Positions 59,155 to 64,000 of a stretch of 64,000 nt of DNA are shown one piece after another. The notes under the pieces are model-generated. The model was not told the DNA's origin. It saw nothing but the letters and a program-made list of their open reading frames with translations, and did not search any database. How positions within the stretch are numbered: position 1 is the first letter of the stretch; each line of letters opens with the position of its first letter. The translations under genes were made by a program, and so were the position numbers. Origin of the DNA: Mobula hypostoma (lineage: Eukaryota); assembly GCF_963921235.1 (NCBI RefSeq), contig NC_086101.1, forward strand, positions 11,348,001 through 11,412,000. Direction: 5' to 3'.

Positions 59155-61406
59155 AGTTGTTGGAGCTGCAGAGAGATTCCTTGATATAAAACATTTCGCC
59201 GGAAAAATTACATGAGTATATGACAGACAAACAATCACTGAATACTTCCTAGTTGTCGGGATCAGAGAGTACAGAGGAGCTTTATGTGGATGAAGAGGCC
59301 AATAATTAGTATCTCGATGTTTTTAATATTACAATGGAATGCAAGAAGTTTATCTGCAAATGGGCCAGAATTAAAATGATTTGTTGGAACTTTTAAAGAC
59401 AAGCCTGATTTCATCTGTATACAGAAGACATGGTTAAAGCCTCATTTGGATTTTGAGAGCTGACAGAACAGGTAAATCTGGTGGAGGGTGTGCAACTTTC
59501 ATAAAATCAGGACTCCAGTTTAGAAGACTTGATATTAAATTTAAACTTGAAATTGTGGCTGTGGAGGTTTGGAGCTCTCGTGGTCAAATAACTTTGATTA
59601 ACTTTTATAAACCAGGTAATATGATATTATCAGATTTGGATGAAATTATGAATAAATTAAGATCCCCAGTAATCTGGGTTGGAGATTTCAATGCCCATAA
59701 TCCTATATGGGGTAGCGAAAGTAAAGATAGTAATGGAGTGGTAATGGAGGAGTTTCTAGATAAATACAACATGGTACTGCTAAATGATGGAAGGCCTACA
59801 AGATTTAATATTGTATAGAATACGTGTAGTCACTTAGACTTATCTATCACTTCCTCAAACTTAGCTAGGGTTGAGGAATGGGATGTTATGGACAGATACA
59901 CACTAGGAAGTGATCACTATTGTATATTATGTCAATTTGGTAGAAATTTGATAGTACAAGTTGAGGAGAGGTCTGCTAGGTATAATTTTTCTTTGGCCCA
60001 TTGGGATGAGTACCAGGAGAAAGCTGTGGATATAATAGAAGAGATTAATAGCGAGGGCTCCATAGATGATTGGAATGAATCTCTCTGTTCTGTAATTCAT
60101 AAAGTTGCTCAGTTGACTATTCCGCTACGGAATGTACTTAAGGCTCGAGCATTAGTTCCGTGGTGGAATAAAAATTGTGATACAGCAGTAAGGAACAGAA
60201 ATAGAGCTTACAGGAAATTAAGAAAGTACCCAGTGTTAGATTATGTTATGGAGTATAAAAAGGAAAGAGCAGTAGCAAGGAGAGTAATTAAAAATGCAAA
60301 GAGGGATAGTTGGAGAAGATTTTGTGGAACCCTGAGCCCTGAGACACCTATAAAGCAGCTATGGACGATCATTCACAGAATGTCAGGGAGATATGGGAAA
60401 CCATCTATCCCAGCTTTGCTGGAAGGAGATACTGAAGCTGTAACCAATAAGAAAAAGGCTGATATGTTTGTAGAGGTGTTCCAAGCGTTACACAGTTCTG
60501 GAGAGTTAGGTGATTTGAGAAAGGAAATTATGTTAAAGGAAAGTTGGAAATTGGACAGGAGTTTGGATGATAATAGCTCCATAAATTTGTTTTTCTCCCT
60601 TCACGAATTGCAGGAAACTGTCCAATCAGGTTCAAACACTTCTCTTGGTAGGGATGGACTGTGTTATGAATTGCTTAAGCATTTAGATGACTCTGTATTA
60701 ATAGAAATTCTAGCCTTGTTTAATTCAGTGTGGAAAGAAGGAAAATTACCAGTAGAATGGAAGCATGCGGTGGTAGTTCCAGTTTTAAAGCCAGGTAAGG
60801 ATGCGTCTAGTCCTAGTTCGTATCGGCCTATAGTTTTAACGTCAGTGCTTTGTAAAACAATGGAACGAATGGTCGCCAACAGACTTGTGTATTTTTTGGA
60901 AAATCAGGGACATTTTGCTGCCTATCAAAATAGTTTAAGAAATGGACGATCAACAGTGGAATCTGTTGCCCTTTTAGGTCATGATATTAAAAAAAAGCAT
61001 TTCAAAATAGAGAAGTAATGGTAAGTGTGTTTCTAGATATTGAAAGTGCATATGACTGACTATGGAAGGATGGCTTATTAATTAAACTCTATGATGCGGG
61101 AATTAGAGATAGAATGTTTAATTGGATCAAAGATTTCCTTAAGAAAAGGCCAATTCAAGTAAGAATAGGTGGAACAAGCTCCAAGTCAGTTAAAATAGGT
61201 AATGGTACCTCTCAAGGAAGTGTCATTAGTCCAGTTCTTTTTAATGTCATGATAAATGATATCTTTGATCAGGTAGGGACAGCACTTCGTAAATCATTGC
61301 TTGTAGATGATGGTGCAATCTGGAAAAGAGGAAGAAGCATCAAGTATATATTAAGTCAAGTACAAAAGGTTTTAAGATCGATTGAAAACTGGGCTAATAA
61401 ATGGGG

Positions 61407-61880
61407 AACACACATCAAAGTTGCTGGTGAATGCAGCAGGCCAGGCAGCATCTCTAGGAAGAGGTACAGTCGACGTTTCAGGCCGAGACCCTTTGTCAGG
61501 ACTAACTGAAGGAAGAGTGAGTAAGGGATTTGAAAGTTGGAGGGGGAGGGGGAGATGCAAAATGATAGGAGAAGACAGGAGGGGGAGGGATGGAGCCAAG
61601 AGCTGGACAGGTGATAGGCAAAAGGGGATACGAGAGGATCATGGGACAGGAGGTCCGGGAAGAAAGACAAGGGGGGGGGGTGACCCAGAGGATGGGCAAG
61701 AGGTATATTCAGAGGGACAGAGGGAGAAAAAGGAGAGTGAGAGAAAGAATGTGTGCATAAAAATGAGTAACAGATGGGGTACGAGGGGGAGGTGGGGCCT
61801 TATCGGAAGTTAGAGAAGTCGATGTTCATGCCATCAGGTTGGAGGCTACCCAGACGGAATGTAAGGTGTTGTTCCTCCAA
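61407..61880 (-). mobile_element. Penelope-like 3' fragment, near-identical to 53489-54000
   Basis: Same terminus; hammerhead at 61467-61504 has core CTGACAA (G8 changed to A); the host frame ANKWG|FRISASKSK rejoins on removal. Confidence 0.9.
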
Positions 61881-62045
61881 TCAGGATTTCTGCTTCTAAG
61901 TCCAAATACATGATTTTTGACTTTAGAAGAAAGATTCCTGATTGTGAACTGTGTCTATATGATTCTCCACTAGAAACAGTCAAGGTATTCAAGTTTTTAG
62001 GTGTCTGGTTTGATGAAAGACTTACTTGGAGCGTTCATATAGATT

Positions 62046-64000
62046 AGCGGGGGCTACTGAGGTGACTTTAACCTAGAATGGTTGGGGGGTGGGAATCAAA
62101 TTAAAGAGGCTAGGCGTGAGGAGGTTAGTTCACAACAGAGGGATGGGAACCAGTGCAGAGAGACAGAGGGGTGTAAAGTGAGCGTAGAAGCAAAAAGTAC
62201 AAAGGAGAAAAGTAAAAGTGGCAGGCCGACAAATCCAGGGCAAGCATTAAAATGGGCCACTTTTCAACATAATTGTACAACGGCTAAGAGAGTTGTAAAA
62301 GAGCGCCTGAAGGCTTTATGTGTCAATGCAAGGAGCATTCGTAATAAGGTGGATGAATTGAAAGTGCAGATTGTTATTAATGATTATGATATAGTTGGGA
62401 TCACAGAGACATGGCTCCAGGGTGACCAGGGATGGGAGCTCAACGTTCAGGGATATTCAATATTCAGGAGGGATAGACATGAAGGAAGGGGAGGTGGGGT
62501 GGCGTTGCTGGTCAAAAAAGAGATTAACGCAATAGAAAGGAAGGACATAAGCCGGGAAGATGTGGAATCGATATGGGTAGAGCTGCATAACACTAAGGGG
62601 CAGAAGACGCTGGTGGGAGTTGTGTACAGGCCACCTAACAGTAGTAGTGAGGTCGGAGATGGTATTAAACAGGAAATTAAAAATGTGTGCAATAAAGGAA
62701 CAGCAGTTATAATGGGTGACTTCAATCTACATGTAGACTGGGTGAACCAAATTGGTAAAGGTGCTGAGGAAGAGGATTTCTTGGAATGTATGCGGGATGG
62801 TTTTTTGAACCAACATGTCGAGGAACCAACTAGAAAGCAGGCTATTCTGGACTGGGTTTTGAGCAATGAGGAAGGGTTAATTAGCGATCTTGTCGTGAGA
62901 GGCCCCTTGGGTAAGAGTGACCATAATATGGTGGAATTCTTCATTAACATGGAGAGTGACATAGTTAATTCAGAAACAAAGGTTCTGAACTTAAAGAGGG
63001 GTAACTTTGAAGGTATGAGACGTGAATTAGCTAAGATAGACTGGCAAATGACACTTAAAGGATTGACGGTGGATATGCAATGGCAAGCATTTAAAGGTTG
63101 CATGGATGACAACAATTGTTCATCCCAGTTTGGCAAAAGAATAAATCAAGGAAGGTAGTGCACCCGTGGCTGACAAGAGAAATTAGGGATAGTATCAATA
63201 CCAAAGAAGAAGCATACAAATTAGCCAGAGAAAGTGGCTCACCTGAGGACTGGGAGAAATTCAGAGTTCAGCAGAGGAGGACAAAGGGCTTAATTAGGAA
63301 GGGGAAAAAAGATTTTGAGAGAAAACTGGCAGAGAACATAAAAACGGACTGTAAAAGCTTTTATAGATATGTAAAAAGGAAAAGACTGGTAAAGACAAAT
63401 GTAGGTCCCCTGCAGACAGAAACAGGTGAATTGATTATGGGGAGCAAGGACATGGCAGACCAATTGAATAATTACTTTGGTTCTGTCTTCACTAAGGAGG
63501 ACATAAATAATCTTCCAGAAATAGTAAGGGACAGAGGGTCCAGTGAGATGGAGGAACTGAGTGAAATACATGTTAGTAGGGAAGTGGTGTTAGGTAAATT
63601 GAAGGGATTGAAGGCAGATAAATCCCCAGGGCCAGATGGTCTGCATCCTAGAGTGCTTAAGGAAGTAGCCCAAGAAATAGTGGATGCATTAGTGATAATT
63701 TTTCAAAACTCGTTAGATTCTGGACTAGTTCCTGAGGATTGGAGGGTGGCTAGTGTAACCCCACTTTTTAAAAAAGGAAGGAGAGAGAAACCGGGGAATT
63801 ATAGGCCAGTTAGCCTAACGTCGGTGGTGGGGAAACTGCTGGAGTCAGTTATCAAGGATGTGATAACAGCACATTTGGAAAGCGGTGAAATGATCGGACA
63901 AAGTCAGCATGGATTTGTGAAAGGAAAATCATGTCTGACGAATCTCATAGAATTTTTTGAGGATGTAACTAGTAGAGTGGATAGGGGAGAACCAGTGGAT
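62046..64000 (+). mobile_element. Young CR1 LINE ORF2 (EN + start of RT), runs off the window
   Basis: 358-aa ORF 62082-63158, a small frameshifting deletion near 63108, then sequence nearly identical (inverted) to ~33295-33933. Confidence 0.96.

Larger units (their letters stand above)
53140..62045 (+). mobile_element. I-group (Nimb-like) LINE, broken by four insertions
   Basis: ORF1 with three zinc knuckles (CYNCQIFGHVAGSC; CMKC; CSNCGGDHIAAFRGC) at 54296-55172, resuming at 59157; ORF2 from ATG 59317 (MFLILQWNARSL, GDFNAHN, GSDH, YRPIVLTS, QGSVISP, VDD). Confidence 0.88.

Noticed and set aside
1..64000. CRISPR arrays, operons or other prokaryotic systems
   Set aside because: No repeat-spacer arrays; the DNA is intron-containing vertebrate sequence, and the RT and GIY-YIG ORFs belong to retrotransposons.

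Overview
Vertebrate nuclear DNA, roughly 85-90% transposable-element derived by eye. The repeat spectrum (CR1, Penelope, Rex-Babar/L2, L1, I/Nimb, Tc1, Gypsy LTRs) and the gene style point to a cartilaginous fish, probably a ray (inference). Two + strand immune genes can be assembled from splice sites. (1) The 3' part of a butyrophilin-like gene: IgC exon 1082-1360, TM exon 19776-19895, micro-exons 21467-21499 and 22443-22469, B30.2/PRY-SPRY exon 36399-36931; leader and IgV exons lie upstream of the window. (2) A complete six-exon RING/B-box/coiled-coil/B30.2 TRIM gene, 44314-49796, 512 aa. Main observations: the two B30.2 exons are about 71% identical as protein and share homologous upstream intron and 3' UTR, suggesting transfer of a whole terminal-exon cassette between TRIM and butyrophilin; the TRIM lost the ancestral stop through a 1-nt deletion; an ISRE-like motif precedes the TRIM; Penelope remnants carry minimal hammerhead ribozyme motifs of two families; a gamma/epsilon-type retroviral env relic lies between the genes; and transposon nests up to four levels deep are resolved by target-site duplications. 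Gene models are read from sequence only, and boundaries of decayed repeats are approximate.
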